DNA of 64,000 nt, taken from the NCBI RefSeq assembly GCF_049075655.1, contig NZ_CP157522.1, forward strand, positions 1,088,001 through 1,152,000, in the 5' to 3' direction. This DNA comes from Methanothermococcus sp. Ax23. Its GTDB lineage: Archaea > AGJL01 > Methanococci > Methanococcales > Methanococcaceae. Shown piece by piece: positions 20,817 through 31,297 of the stretch. The position numbers and the translations under genes are program-made. The first letter of the stretch is position 1, and every line of letters begins with the position of its first letter. The notes under the pieces were generated by a model. That model was not told where the DNA came from and did not search any database. It saw only the letters and a program-made list of their open reading frames with translations.

Positions 20817-21999
20817 GAAAAATTTTAATGAATTTGTGGAGTTTCCGAGCGTAAGCGAGGAAATGAGCAAATTCGAAGAATTTGTGCAATTTTTAAACTC
20901 AAATAATCCATCTGAGGTAATCGATAAGTTAAATTTAATAAATGAAATGGAGAAAAGTAATAAATGGGATAATAAAAGTAATAAAAGTAATAATAAAGAT
21001 AAAACTAATACTAACACTGAAAGTAATAAAAAATACATCACATACTCAAAAAATGTATTTATTCCATTGTGCAATTGGTGCAGGAATGTTTGTGGATACT
21101 GCACATTTAGAAATGAAAATTATAAATTGATGAATAAAAATGAGGTTAAAGAAATCCTTTTAAAAGGAGACAAATACGGCTGTAAAGAGGCATTATTTAC
21201 ATTTGGAGAAAATGTTGATGAAAACGAAAAAATAAGGGAAGATTTAAAAAAAATGGGATACAGTAGCATTTTAGAATATCTTTATGATTTGGAGGACTGG
21301 TGCCTTAATAATACTGAATTATTGCCCCATACAAACTGCGGGATACTGAATTATGAAGAACTAAAACTATTAAAAGAAGTTAATGCTTCCATGGGTCTTA
21401 TGCTTGAAAATTCAAGTGAAAGGCTTTTTAAAACCATCGCACATAAGGACAGCCCTGGAAAAGAGCCGAAAAAACGATTAAAAATGATTGAAAATGCTGG
21501 AAAATTAAAAATCCCATTTACAACAGGTATTTTAATTGGGATAGGTGAAACAAACGAGGAAATTGTTAAATCATTATATGACATTAAAAAACTTAATGAA
21601 GAATATGGGCATATTCAGGAGGTTATAATTCAGAATTTCAGGTCGAAAAAAGGCATACCTATGGAGGACTTTAAAGAGCCTTCTCCTTTAAAAATGTTGA
21701 AGGTTTTAATCGTGGCAAAATTAATATTAAACGATATATCCATACAAGTTCCTCCAAATCTAAATTCTGAAACTGGTCAGTTATTCTTATTTGCGGGTGT
21801 TGATGACTGGGGCGGAGTATCTCCATTAACAAAAGATTATGTAAATCCGGAAGCTCCATGGCCGGAGATTGAGGAGTTAAGGCGATATACTGAGGAATTT
21901 GGATATGTATTAAAAGAGAGATTGCCAGTTTATGAAAAATATATTAATAAAACATGGTTAAGTGATAAGGTGCTTGAAAAAATTTTATATAAAAAGTAA
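20809..21999 (+). CDS. cofG: FO synthase subunit 1 (radical SAM)
   Basis: [47 protein letters not shown]. Confidence 0.93.
   Translation: MSEKNFNEFVEFPSVSEEMSKFEEFVQFLNSNNPSEVIDKLNLINEMEKSNKWDNKSNKSNNKDKTNTNTESNKKYITYSKNVFIPLCNWCRNVCGYCTFRNENYKLMNKNEVKEILLKGDKYGCKEALFTFGENVDENEKIREDLKKMGYSSILEYLYDLEDWCLNNTELLPHTNCGILNYEELKLLKEVNASMGLMLENSSERLFKTIAHKDSPGKEPKKRLKMIENAGKLKIPFTTGILIGIGETNEEIVKSLYDIKKLNEEYGHIQEVIIQNFRSKKGIPMEDFKEPSPLKMLKVLIVAKLILNDISIQVPPNLNSETGQLFLFAGVDDWGGVSPLTKDYVNPEAPWPEIEELRRYTEEFGYVLKERLPVYEKYINKTWLSDKVLEKILYKK
20839..20886 (+). repeat. 48-nt in-frame hairpin insertion in cofG 5' region
   Basis: tttcc-gagcgtaagcga-ggaaa plus caaattc-gaa-gaatttg hairpins; 9-nt direct repeat gaatttgtg; similar to the reverse complement of 47570-47600. 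Confidence 0.6.
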
Positions 22000-22043
22000 T
22001 AAAAAACAGATAATAAAAGATAGGCAATAATAAAAAAGCAAAA

Positions 22044-22511
22044 CTACTTAATTTTAAACCAGCAGTATCCATTTTCTTTTATTATTAATCTATTCTCATC
22101 CCATAGATTTATTTTATATTTTTTTCCATTTAATTCATTTAGCATGGCAACAAGCATGGATGGGATGGGGCATGCACTTCCAGGTATTTCAGCCTCCCCA
22201 ATTTGCTTTGGGCAGTATCTACATTTATCTATTTTTATCCCAATCTTTTCATCTTCAATTATGTAATCATCACACATATCACAAAAATTTATTAAAAATT
22301 TTATTAATTCTTTTTCGTCTTCCGGGGTGTCAGAATGTATTTCTTCCACACATCTTGCAACTTTTTTTCCCACTCCATTTCCTACAAGATTTGTGGTTCC
22401 TTGATTTAAGATTCCCAATTGTGCAAATTCTGCCAATAATGAGGTTAAAACAATATGTAGATTTTTTAATTTTCTATCTTCGATTAATTTCTTATATGAA
22501 TCAATTGCCAT
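22044..22511 (-). CDS. Hypothetical protein with conserved-looking Cys motifs
   Basis: 155 aa ORF with GGTGG RBS; CRYCP, ACPIP, GYCWF. Confidence 0.7.
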   Translation of the reverse strand: MAIDSYKKLIEDRKLKNLHIVLTSLLAEFAQLGILNQGTTNLVGNGVGKKVARCVEEIHSDTPEDEKELIKFLINFCDMCDDYIIEDEKIGIKIDKCRYCPKQIGEAEIPGSACPIPSMLVAMLNELNGKKYKINLWDENRLIIKENGYCWFKIK

Positions 22512-22695
22512 ATTACCACCTTTTTAAAAATATGTTAAAAGGTAATAAAATAGCATATATATACTTTTTTAGAATACTTTATAATAAATAAAATTAATTT
22601 TAATTATGGATATAACATAATATAATGCAAGTATTAAATAATTTAATAATAATATAATATAAAAAAATAATTAAAAATATTAACTAAAATTAATA

Positions 22696-22757
22696 ATGGA
22701 TTCAGGTCGGGTAAGTATCATCATAAATCAGATAACCCTCTTTTCATCATTATCCAT
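22696..22757 (-). ncRNA. Box C/D methylation-guide sRNA targeting 23S rRNA
   Basis: atggat-a-ATGATGA-aaagagggttat-CTGA-ttt-ATGATGA-tacttacccgac-CTGA-atccat; terminal stem; guides complementary to conserved 23S AUAACCCUCUU and GUCGGGUAAGU. Confidence 0.92.
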
Positions 22758-22927
22758 TTTTTATATTTTATATCACTTAGTATCTAATCATATATATACT
22801 TTAACAAAATAGCGGAGCTCATAGTTAAATTTAAATAAGATATTTATCTTAATATGTTTTTGATATATTCCAAGTTTTACATGACTTATAATTAATTTTT
22901 AAATAATAATATCTTATTGGAGATAAA

Positions 22928-23215
22928 ATGTCTAACCCAAAAGATAGTCTTAACGCTATTAGAAATAGAATTAACGAAATAGACGAGCAACTAATAGCAT
23001 TGATGGCTGAAAGAACTCAGTTTGCAGGTGAAATTGCTCGTCTAAAAATGGCATTAGATATGCCCATAAATGATGAAAAAAGAGAACGAGAAATTCAGGA
23101 AAAAACACGAAAATTATGTGAAAAATATAATTTTAACCCTGATTTAGCGTTAAAAATACTAAACCTACTTATAGATTACAATAAAGAAATACAGATGAAA
23201 GAATTAAAAAAATAA
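22928..23215 (+). CDS. aroQ: Chorismate mutase (AroQ type)
   Basis: IRNRINEIDEQLIALMAER...DEKRE. Confidence 0.85.
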   Translation: MSNPKDSLNAIRNRINEIDEQLIALMAERTQFAGEIARLKMALDMPINDEKREREIQEKTRKLCEKYNFNPDLALKILNLLIDYNKEIQMKELKK

Positions 23216-23330
23216 TAAATTATTTAAATAATAATTATATTATACTAATAGACATTATAATAATCACGATATTAAAAACATAAAACAATATAAAAAATTA
23301 AAGAATTAAAATAAAATAAAAGGTGATACT

Positions 23331-23522
23331 TTGGGAAGAATTAGACAAACATTCATAAAAAGAGCAGGAGAAGAGCTCTTGGAAAAATTCGAAGACAAAT
23401 TCACAACAGATTTTGAAACAAACAAAAAAGCTGTTGAAGAAGTTGCATTAATCTCTACAAAAAGACTCAGAAACAGGATAGCAGGATATATTACATCAAG
23501 AGTTAAAAAAATGAGTGCATAA
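23331..23522 (+). CDS. rps17e: 30S ribosomal protein S17e
   Basis: MGRIRQTFIKR...TKRLRNRIAGYIT; TTG start after GGTGA. Confidence 0.96.
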   Translation: MGRIRQTFIKRAGEELLEKFEDKFTTDFETNKKAVEEVALISTKRLRNRIAGYITSRVKKMSA

Positions 23523-23538
23523 TTGGAGATGATTTTTT

Positions 23539-24411
23539 ATGCAAGGAGTATTTCCTGCAATTATAACTCCATTTAAAGATGGTGGAGTATATTATGAAGG
23601 GTTGGAAGAAAATATAAATTTTTTAATTGATAATGGTATCAGCGGTATTGTCTCAGTAGGGACAACCGGAGAATCTCCAACCTTAACATATGAAGAACAT
23701 CAAAAAGTAATAGAAAAGACTGTTGATACAGTTGATGGAAGGGTAAAGGTAATAGCAGGCACAGGCTCAAACTCCACAAAAGAAGCTGTCGAGCTCTCCC
23801 AATTTGCCGAAGATGTGAGTGCCGATGCCGTGCTTTTAATAACTCCATACTACAACAAACCCACCCAAGAAGGTTTAAAGAAACACTTTGGTAAAGTGAC
23901 TGAATCCATCAATATTCCAATAGTATTATACAATGTCCCGTCAAGAACAGCGGTTAATCTTGAACCAGGGACAATAAAATATTTATATGAAGAATACAGC
24001 AATATCACAACGATAAAAGAGGCTAATCCTAATTTATCACATGTCTCAGAAATTGTAAATTCCTGTGATATAAATATTCTTTCTGGAAACGATGAATTGA
24101 CTCTCCCAATAATATCTCTTGGGGGAAAAGGTGTAATTAGCGTTTTAGCAAACATCGTTCCAAAGGAATTTGTTGAAATGGTGGATTACGCATTAGAAGG
24201 TAAATTTGATAAGGCGAGAGAAATCCACTATAAACTATTTAATCTTATGAAATTAATGTTCGTCGAAACAAACCCAATACCTATAAAAACTGCCATGAAT
24301 ATGTTAAAGATGCCTGCTGGTGAGTTAAGACTTCCATTATGCGACATGTCCGAAGAAAATAAATTAAAATTAGAAAATGCACTAAATGATGTTGGATTAT
24401 TGAAAAAATAA
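23539..24411 (+). CDS. dapA: 4-hydroxy-tetrahydrodipicolinate synthase
   Basis: GTTGES, TPYYNKP, LYNVPSRT, IKEA. Confidence 0.96.
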   Translation: MQGVFPAIITPFKDGGVYYEGLEENINFLIDNGISGIVSVGTTGESPTLTYEEHQKVIEKTVDTVDGRVKVIAGTGSNSTKEAVELSQFAEDVSADAVLLITPYYNKPTQEGLKKHFGKVTESINIPIVLYNVPSRTAVNLEPGTIKYLYEEYSNITTIKEANPNLSHVSEIVNSCDINILSGNDELTLPIISLGGKGVISVLANIVPKEFVEMVDYALEGKFDKAREIHYKLFNLMKLMFVETNPIPIKTAMNMLKMPAGELRLPLCDMSEENKLKLENALNDVGLLKK

Positions 24412-24477
24412 TATACTAATAAAAATAAACTATAAAAAATAGCATAATCTATATATATAATAATCTTTGTGATATTT

Positions 24478-24717
24478 ATGGTCGATATAGAAAAAATTCA
24501 AAAGCAGGCAGAAGAAATTGTTGAAAAGTTTTCAACAGTCCTTGAAAGTTTTGAATTGGGAAATGAAGAAGAATACTATATCCTTGAAACCAAAAATGTT
24601 TTAAGGGATGATGACGAACCCGTTTCAAATACTTCATTTAAAAAAGATGCACTTAGCATAGCTCCAAAAACAAAAGATGACTATATCGTCGTTGAAAAAA
24701 GTAAGTGGAGCAATTAA
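24478..24717 (+). CDS. gatC: Asp-tRNA(Asn) amidotransferase subunit C, archaeal type
   Basis: NVLRDD...APKTKDDYIVVEK pattern; follows dapA. Confidence 0.75.
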   Translation: MVDIEKIQKQAEEIVEKFSTVLESFELGNEEEYYILETKNVLRDDDEPVSNTSFKKDALSIAPKTKDDYIVVEKSKWSN

Positions 24718-24753
24718 TAATATATATATAAAAACAAAAAGGAGCGTGGTACT

Positions 24754-24855
24754 ATAAAAAGAAGTTCAAGAAGATGGAAAAAGAAAGGTCAGATGAGATG
24801 GAAGCACTACAAAAAGAGAATTAGAAGAATGAAAAGAGAAAAGAGAAATAAATAA
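24754..24855 (+). CDS. rpl41e: Ribosomal protein L41e (33 aa; ATA start), absent from ORF track
   Basis: (M)KRSSRRWKKKGQMRWKHYKKRIRRMKREKRNK; GGAGCGTG RBS-like motif upstream; only ATA is in frame at the expected start. Confidence 0.85.
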   Translation: MKRSSRRWKKKGQMRWKHYKKRIRRMKREKRNK

Positions 24856-24905
24856 TCATAATCATTAAATTAATAAATTCAATAAATCATTTTATTTTTT
24901 AGATT

Positions 24906-25898
24906 TTATATAAAATCATCAAACAATATTTCATCAAATTCATATTCAAAGTCTTTTTTAACATACATTTCAAATTCCTTGGGAGTTATTAGCGGTTTTT
25001 TATAATTTAAATAATCATCTAAAACTATTCTTGGACAGGCACATATTATATAGGCATCAACATTGTATATTAAATAATTTGGCGAGATATTGTTTAGGAC
25101 AATTGGAATATATTCGATATTGTTTTCTTTTAAAAGACTCAACATATTGTTAAAAATATTTATTCGACATTGACCTTTTTTCGTTGAAAGCACAACACCA
25201 ATCTTTTTTGGAGGATTTAAAAGCAACTTTGAAATAGCCCCTATTCTTTTTTTGATAAATTTCTTTATCTCATCATCGGTAATTTTGGAGAGCTCCCCAG
25301 TTACAGGGTTGTATATATTCACAGGTTTTTTAAATTTATATGCCAGCATTAAAGGGTGGAATCTCCCTGTTCCAACAAACAATATATTGCCCATATTTTT
25401 TGCGGTTTCTTCGCCAACGTTTGCCCTACAACCAAGTATTACCGCAGGATTGTATTCCTTTAACATTTTTTTAAACTGTATAGTCGTGGCAATAAGGATA
25501 TTGTCTCCATATTCATTTAAAATTTTTTTAATATCCTTCATAATAAGTTCTAAATTTTCACCATCGGGTTTATAGTATGCATGAATAAAAACTGTTGGTA
25601 TTTCTGGTTTAGCATAGGGGAGCTCCTCGTGACCATAGTGTATTATCAAATCAACATCGAGAGATTTTACATCAATATCGCATAAATCACATGCTCCAAA
25701 GCAGCTTTCACCCCATAGGATGAGCTCTAAATCTGCATCTGCATTTTTATATTCATCATCTTCTTCAAGATATTTTTTTATTTTATCTATCTCTTGTTCA
25801 ACGGATAATTTTAAACCCTCTGGTGCTTGAAATAAAATTCTTTTTGCATTATTTCGTTTTATTTCACTTATTACTCTTTCTGTTTCTAAGTCCCACAT
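24906..25898 (-). CDS. dph2: Diphthamide biosynthesis protein Dph2
   Basis: QAPEGLK, CFGACD, HYGH, ILGC, GRFHP, ACPR. Confidence 0.93.
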   Translation of the reverse strand: MWDLETERVISEIKRNNAKRILFQAPEGLKLSVEQEIDKIKKYLEEDDEYKNADADLELILWGESCFGACDLCDIDVKSLDVDLIIHYGHEELPYAKPEIPTVFIHAYYKPDGENLELIMKDIKKILNEYGDNILIATTIQFKKMLKEYNPAVILGCRANVGEETAKNMGNILFVGTGRFHPLMLAYKFKKPVNIYNPVTGELSKITDDEIKKFIKKRIGAISKLLLNPPKKIGVVLSTKKGQCRINIFNNMLSLLKENNIEYIPIVLNNISPNYLIYNVDAYIICACPRIVLDDYLNYKKPLITPKEFEMYVKKDFEYEFDEILFDDFI

Positions 25899-25902
25899 TG
25901 TA

Positions 25903-26364
25903 TCACTTGTTTTTAATCTTCTCTACAACTTTTATTCCATATATTTCGGTGCTAGGATACTGACCATTTTCATCTTTTTCAATGGCTTTTACCATATCCC
26001 AGATGGTCAGAAGTGCAACAGAAACCCCAGTAAGTGCTTCCATCTCTATGCCAGTTTTATATGTGGTTTTTACCTTTACTTCAACTTCGATATTGTCATC
26101 GTGTATGGTAAAATCCACATTTATGGAGGTGATAGGCAATGGATGGCACATTGGGATTATATTTGAAGTATTTTTCACTGCCATTATTCCTGCAACCTGA
26201 GCTGTTGTTAATACATCCCCTTTTATTAGTTCCTTTTTAGTTATTGCCTCTATCGTAGATGGTTTTAACCTTATAAATCCCTTTGCAATACATATTCTTT
26301 CAACATCTTCTTTATCTGACACATCAACCATTTTTACGCCTTTTTCATCAACATGAGTTAGCAT
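25903..26364 (-). CDS. moaC: Cyclic pyranopterin monophosphate synthase
   Basis: [30 protein letters not shown]. Confidence 0.95.
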   Translation of the reverse strand: MLTHVDEKGVKMVDVSDKEDVERICIAKGFIRLKPSTIEAITKKELIKGDVLTTAQVAGIMAVKNTSNIIPMCHPLPITSINVDFTIHDDNIEVEVKVKTTYKTGIEMEALTGVSVALLTIWDMVKAIEKDENGQYPSTEIYGIKVVEKIKNK

Positions 26365-26456
26365 AATTTTCCTCCACATTTGCAATATTTATATATTCTT
26401 TATATACTTAGCAGTATATTATTAATGGTATATAAATTATAAAATCGCGTGAAATA

Positions 26457-26891
26457 ATGAAGCTTGAAGGAACTACAAAAAAGATAATGGAATTATTAAC
26501 TGAATATTCCACTACAAAAGATATTGCAGAACATTTAAATCTACATCCAAAAAATATAGATAGATACATCAGGGTTTTAAGAGATTTGGGGCTTGTGATG
26601 ACAAAAAAAGGAAAAAACGGCGGGGTGTTTTTAACAGAGGAGGGAAAGTATTTAATTGAAAAGAAATATATAAGTTTAATAACCATAAAGGTTCAGATAG
26701 TGACAGAGGATAGAATAGGACTTTTAGCAGATATTTCGTCGGAGATATCAAAAATAGGAGGGAATATCTTATCTACAACCCTTGAAAGGGAGCATGATGA
26801 TGTAATTATTTGGCTTGTAATAGAAAATATTGAATTTGAAAAGCTAAAAGAAGTTTTAAAGGACGATGTAAAAAAACTGGTGATATTATGA
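26457..26891 (+). CDS. Winged-HTH + ACT domain transcriptional regulator
   Basis: N-terminal wHTH (KKGKNGG wing); C-terminal ACT (DRIGLLADIS...GGNI). Confidence 0.8.
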   Translation: MKLEGTTKKIMELLTEYSTTKDIAEHLNLHPKNIDRYIRVLRDLGLVMTKKGKNGGVFLTEEGKYLIEKKYISLITIKVQIVTEDRIGLLADISSEISKIGGNILSTTLEREHDDVIIWLVIENIEFEKLKEVLKDDVKKLVIL

Positions 26892-27445
26892 TAGAGGTTG
26901 AATTAAAGGCAAAACTTGAAAAAGAAGATATACCAAATTTTATTCGTAAATTAGAGGATTTAGGTTTTGAAAGACTTGTTAAAAAGGAAGAAGTGGATAT
27001 ATACTTCAACGGTATAGATAGGGATTTTAGGGAAACTGATGAAGCACTTAGAATCAGAAAGTCTTTGAATATTGACGAAAAGTATGTAAAATGCTATATG
27101 ACATACAAAGGTCCAAAAATGGACAATATTTCAAAAACTAGGGAAGAATTTGAGGTTCAAGTGAGTGATGGAGAATCTACAAAAATAATCTTGGAAAAAC
27201 TTGGTTTTAAGCCAGTAGAACCTATTGTAAAAATAAGGGAAATATACAAAAAGGATGACATCAGGGTATCTATCGATGAAGTAGAAAATGTTGGAACCTA
27301 TGTTGAATTTGAAAAGATGGTGAAATTAGAATCTGAAAAAGAGGATGCCATAAAAGAACTTATTAATTTAATGAAAAGTTTAAATATTAGTAATGACAGA
27401 TTAGTAAAAACATCATATTTGGAGCTGAGGGATAAAAATGAGTAA
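26888..27445 (+). CDS. cyaB: CYTH-family (class IV adenylate cyclase-like) protein
   Basis: EVELK, DIYF, ALRIR, TYKGPK, TREEFE. Confidence 0.88.
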   Translation: MIEVELKAKLEKEDIPNFIRKLEDLGFERLVKKEEVDIYFNGIDRDFRETDEALRIRKSLNIDEKYVKCYMTYKGPKMDNISKTREEFEVQVSDGESTKIILEKLGFKPVEPIVKIREIYKKDDIRVSIDEVENVGTYVEFEKMVKLESEKEDAIKELINLMKSLNISNDRLVKTSYLELRDKNE

Positions 27446-27554
27446 GAAAGATTCCAAATCTAACAAAAAAATAGACGGTAGAAAATTGATGGCAATATTC
27501 ATTGGAATAGCCATGATTTGCTCAGTGATTCCGTTATTTTTAATGAATTTATAA
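27438..27554 (+). CDS. 38-aa basic-N-terminus single-TM small protein, absent from ORF track
   Basis: MSKKDSKSNKKIDGRKLMAIFIGIAMICSVIPLFLMNL; GAGGG RBS; start overlaps the cyaB stop. Confidence 0.6.
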   Translation: MSKKDSKSNKKIDGRKLMAIFIGIAMICSVIPLFLMNL

Positions 27555-27751
27555 TTATAATAAAATATTAAAAATATTTATTATTTATTAATATAATCTC
27601 TCTTTTACGATTGATATTCTGGCTAGACATTCCCCTATTTTTAAATAATATAAAAATAATTAATGTATGTTATTTATTTACAATCTTATTAATCATTAAT
27701 TTGATTCAATTATTTATTTAATTTTATTTTAATGTAGGATGGTGATACTCT

Positions 27752-29548
27752 ATGGCTTTAAGATGTCCAATAGTAAGTGTTCTAGGTCATGTTGATCATG
27801 GGAAAACAAGCTTGCTTGATAAGATAAGAAAAACAAGAATTACAAAAAGAGAAGCTGGCGGAATTACTCAGCATATCGGTGCCAGTGAAATACCAACGGA
27901 TACAATAAAAAGAATATCGAAAGATTTACTTGGAATGTTAAAGGCTGATTTAACAATTCCTGGAATTTTGGTAATTGATACGCCAGGGCATGAGGCATTC
28001 ACTTCTTTGAGAAAAAGAGGAGGAGCTCTGGCAGATATTGCCATACTTGTAGTTGATATAAATGAAGGATTTAAACCCCAAACAATTGAGGCAGTTAATA
28101 TATTAAAACAGAATAAAACACCGTTTATAGTTGCAGCGAATAAATTAGATTTAGTTCCAGGATGGAATTCCGTTGATGGACCTTTTGTTTTAAATTCTAA
28201 TGAAACAAAACAGCACCCTAATGCATTAACGGAATTTGAAATTAGATTATATGAAAATATAATAAAACCACTAAATGAGCTCGGTTTTGAGGCAGACCTT
28301 TTTACAAGGGTAAAGGATATTACAAAAACTGTAAGCATCATACCAGTATCTGCTTTTACTGGGGAAGGTATTCCTGATTTACTTGTTATGCTTGCAGGTT
28401 TAGCACAGAAGTTTTTGGAGCAGAACTTAAATTTAAATGTTGAAGGTCCTGCAAAGGGAACAGTCCTTGAAATTAAAGAAGAGAGGGGTCTTGGAAAAAC
28501 AATTGATGCCATAATATATGATGGTGTTGCTAAGCAGGGGTATTATCTTGTAGTGGGTAATCCAACAGGGGTTGTAGTTTCAAGGATTAAGGCACTTTTA
28601 AAACCAAAACCTTTGGATGAGATGAGAGACCCAAGAGATAAGTTTAAACCTGTGAAAGAGGTAGCTGCGGCGTCAGGGCTTAAAATATCTGCACCAGATT
28701 TAGATAGTGTTATAGCAGGTAGTCCATTGAGAATTGTTCCAAAAAATAAAGTAGAGGAAGCTAAAAAAGAAATTATGGAAGAAATAGAAGAAACGGCAAT
28801 ACCAACTGATGATGAAGGAATTATTATTAAAGCCGATACAATGGGCTCATTGGAAGCTCTTGCAAATGAATTAAGAAAGAAAAATGTCAATATTAAAAAA
28901 GCAGAAGTAGGGGATGTTTCCAAGAAGGATATCATAGAAGCATCATCCTATGCTCAATCTAACCCATTAAATGGCGTTGTAATAGCTTTTAATACAAAGA
29001 TACTTCCAGATGCTAAAACAGAAATGGAAAAATCAGAAATAAAGGTATTTGAAGGAAATATTATATATAAATTAGTTGAAGATTATGAAGAATGGTTCAA
29101 AGAAATGGAGGAGCTCCTAAAATCAGATGACTTTAACAAACTTACAAAACCTGCAATTTTAAAGATACTTCCAAACTGTATATTTAGAAAAAGCAAACCT
29201 GCAATATGTGGAGTGGAGGTTTTGTATGGGACATTAAGGATAGGAAGTCAGCTAATGGGAGAAGACGGAAAAAGATTGGGATATGTTAAAGAAATAAAAA
29301 ATAGTCAGCAGGAAAACATAAGAGAGGCAAAAGTCGGCATGCAGGTTCCTATTTCAATTGAAGGAAATATTATGCTTGGAAAGCATGCAAAGGAAAATGA
29401 TATACTTTATGTAGATATTCCCGAAAATGAAGTTAGAAAACTGCATCACGAATATATGAATGAATTAAGAGGGGATGAAAAAGAGGCTTTGGAAAGATAT
29501 GTGGAATTAAAAAGAAAATTGGAAAATAATATGTTTTGGGGCATATAA
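27752..29548 (+). CDS. infB: Translation initiation factor aIF5B (IF-2)
   Basis: GHVDHGKT, GGITQHIGA, DTPGHEAF, NKLD. Confidence 0.97.
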   Translation: MALRCPIVSVLGHVDHGKTSLLDKIRKTRITKREAGGITQHIGASEIPTDTIKRISKDLLGMLKADLTIPGILVIDTPGHEAFTSLRKRGGALADIAILVVDINEGFKPQTIEAVNILKQNKTPFIVAANKLDLVPGWNSVDGPFVLNSNETKQHPNALTEFEIRLYENIIKPLNELGFEADLFTRVKDITKTVSIIPVSAFTGEGIPDLLVMLAGLAQKFLEQNLNLNVEGPAKGTVLEIKEERGLGKTIDAIIYDGVAKQGYYLVVGNPTGVVVSRIKALLKPKPLDEMRDPRDKFKPVKEVAAASGLKISAPDLDSVIAGSPLRIVPKNKVEEAKKEIMEEIEETAIPTDDEGIIIKADTMGSLEALANELRKKNVNIKKAEVGDVSKKDIIEASSYAQSNPLNGVVIAFNTKILPDAKTEMEKSEIKVFEGNIIYKLVEDYEEWFKEMEELLKSDDFNKLTKPAILKILPNCIFRKSKPAICGVEVLYGTLRIGSQLMGEDGKRLGYVKEIKNSQQENIREAKVGMQVPISIEGNIMLGKHAKENDILYVDIPENEVRKLHHEYMNELRGDEKEALERYVELKRKLENNMFWGI

Positions 29549-29756
29549 TTGATTTATTATATTCATATAAATTTTATATATTTTTAAGTTCCCTATTTTC
29601 ACTTTAAATGTATATAAATTAAAATAAATTAAAATCGTAAGTAATATATATGATATAATTACAAGATACATAAATCAGCTAGGATAAATTAATTAAATTC
29701 AAAATACATATTATAATATTTAATCCTTTAAATCTCTCTATTCTTGGAGGCATATC

Positions 29757-31244
29757 ATGATATTAATTATAGGTTATGGCTCTTTTGGTCGTAAGGTTGT
29801 AAATTATGCCAAAACCATGGATAAAGTCGTTGTAATTGATAAAAATGCTTCGGTATTTGAATCTCTTGAAAAAGTTGATTTTAACTATGTTGTAGGGGAT
29901 GCGTCTGAGAAAGAAACGCTCAATAGAGCCGATATTAAAGATGCGGACACTATATTGGTACTAACTAATAAATATGAAATAAACAAAAAAATAGCAGAAT
30001 TGGTGTCTGAACTAAATCCAAAAGGATATTTAATAGTTAGAGGGATTGTAAAATATCCTGATTTATATTCTGGTATTAATGTAAATAAAATAATTTATCC
30101 AATAGAATGTGCGGCTAAGGAAGTCATACATGAAATAGAAAAATCTAAATTAAGAAGAAAATTAATGGATTTGGAAGAAATAGTTATGAGTGTTAAAATA
30201 AGACACAATAATGTTTCTGAAAATTCCAAACTAACTGAAAATCATGAAAATAACAATAATGGAGATAATAAAGTTCCTTTTTTAATAGTTATGCACAATA
30301 ATCCAGACCCTGATTCAATAGCAAGTGCAATGGCTTTAAAAAGAATAATGGGAAAATGGGGGGTAGATTCTGATATAACCTATGGTGGAAAAATAGGATT
30401 TGATGAAAATAAGGCAATGATTAATTTATTGGGCGTAAAATTAATCCATATAGATGAGATAGATTTAGATGATTATGTGGGCATTGCATTAGTGGATGCC
30501 TCATCTTCAAAGGTATTACCAATAGATGCTAAAAATCATAAAATTGATATTATTATCGACCATCATGACAATGGAGATTTAATTGCTGATTATATGGATA
30601 TTAGGTCAGATGTTGGAGCTGCGGCAACTATTTTAACAGATTATTTAATGCATTTAAACATGACACCAAAACAGGATTTGGCTACTGCCCTTTATTATGC
30701 TATATGCACGGATACAAACTATTTTAAAAGAAAGACATCTAAAAAGGACTTTGAAGCTGCGGGGTATTTGCAGGATTTGATGGACCCAAAGACACTAGAA
30801 ATGATAGAAAATCCTGAAATGGATACTGAAACCATGGAAATATTGGCGAGGGCAATTATTAACAGAAAGATAATCAGAAGCAGTATAGCTCTTTCATATG
30901 TTGGAATGATAAAAAACAGAGATGCCCTACCAAAAGCTGCGGATTTTTTACTTAAAATGGAGGGTATTACAACAACATACGCTTTTGGAATCTCTGAAAA
31001 CAAAATACACATAAGTGCAAGAACAAAAGATTTAAGGATTGATGTTGGAGACATAATGAAAAGAGCATTTGGAGGAGGAGGACACCAAAAATCTGCTGCG
31101 GCAAGCATAGACCTCGGAATTTTTGAATCGGTTTCAGACAAAGATTCCCTTAGAAAATTGGTTGAAGAGGCAATTCAAACTAAAATACTTGAAGTCATGG
31201 GTATTGAAGAAGGAGGGGAAAAATCCAAAATTAGTGAGCAGTAA
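29757..31244 (+). CDS. TrkA-N (NAD-binding) + DHH/DHHA1 phosphoesterase
   Basis: IGYGSFG Rossmann motif; HNNPDPDS, IDHH, GGGGHQKSA. Confidence 0.88.
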   Translation: MILIIGYGSFGRKVVNYAKTMDKVVVIDKNASVFESLEKVDFNYVVGDASEKETLNRADIKDADTILVLTNKYEINKKIAELVSELNPKGYLIVRGIVKYPDLYSGINVNKIIYPIECAAKEVIHEIEKSKLRRKLMDLEEIVMSVKIRHNNVSENSKLTENHENNNNGDNKVPFLIVMHNNPDPDSIASAMALKRIMGKWGVDSDITYGGKIGFDENKAMINLLGVKLIHIDEIDLDDYVGIALVDASSSKVLPIDAKNHKIDIIIDHHDNGDLIADYMDIRSDVGAAATILTDYLMHLNMTPKQDLATALYYAICTDTNYFKRKTSKKDFEAAGYLQDLMDPKTLEMIENPEMDTETMEILARAIINRKIIRSSIALSYVGMIKNRDALPKAADFLLKMEGITTTYAFGISENKIHISARTKDLRIDVGDIMKRAFGGGGHQKSAAASIDLGIFESVSDKDSLRKLVEEAIQTKILEVMGIEEGGEKSKISEQ

Positions 31245-31297
31245 AAAATATAAGAAATAAAAAATAAATAAAAATAATAAAAAATAAAAATATACTA

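Noticed and set aside
20950-21032. Asn/Lys-rich low-complexity stretch in cofG (similar ones in the DHH protein and ATPase)
   Set aside because: AAT/AAA slippage expansions are common in AT-rich genomes; no hairpin or defined ends.
27868-28935. Long antisense ORFs in the track (also opposite pyrD, trxR, lysA and the ATPase)
   Set aside because: They are shadow frames of well-conserved genes with no RBS or motifs.
27752-29548. Intein in aIF5B
   Set aside because: The 598-aa length and continuous G-domain motifs leave no insertion.
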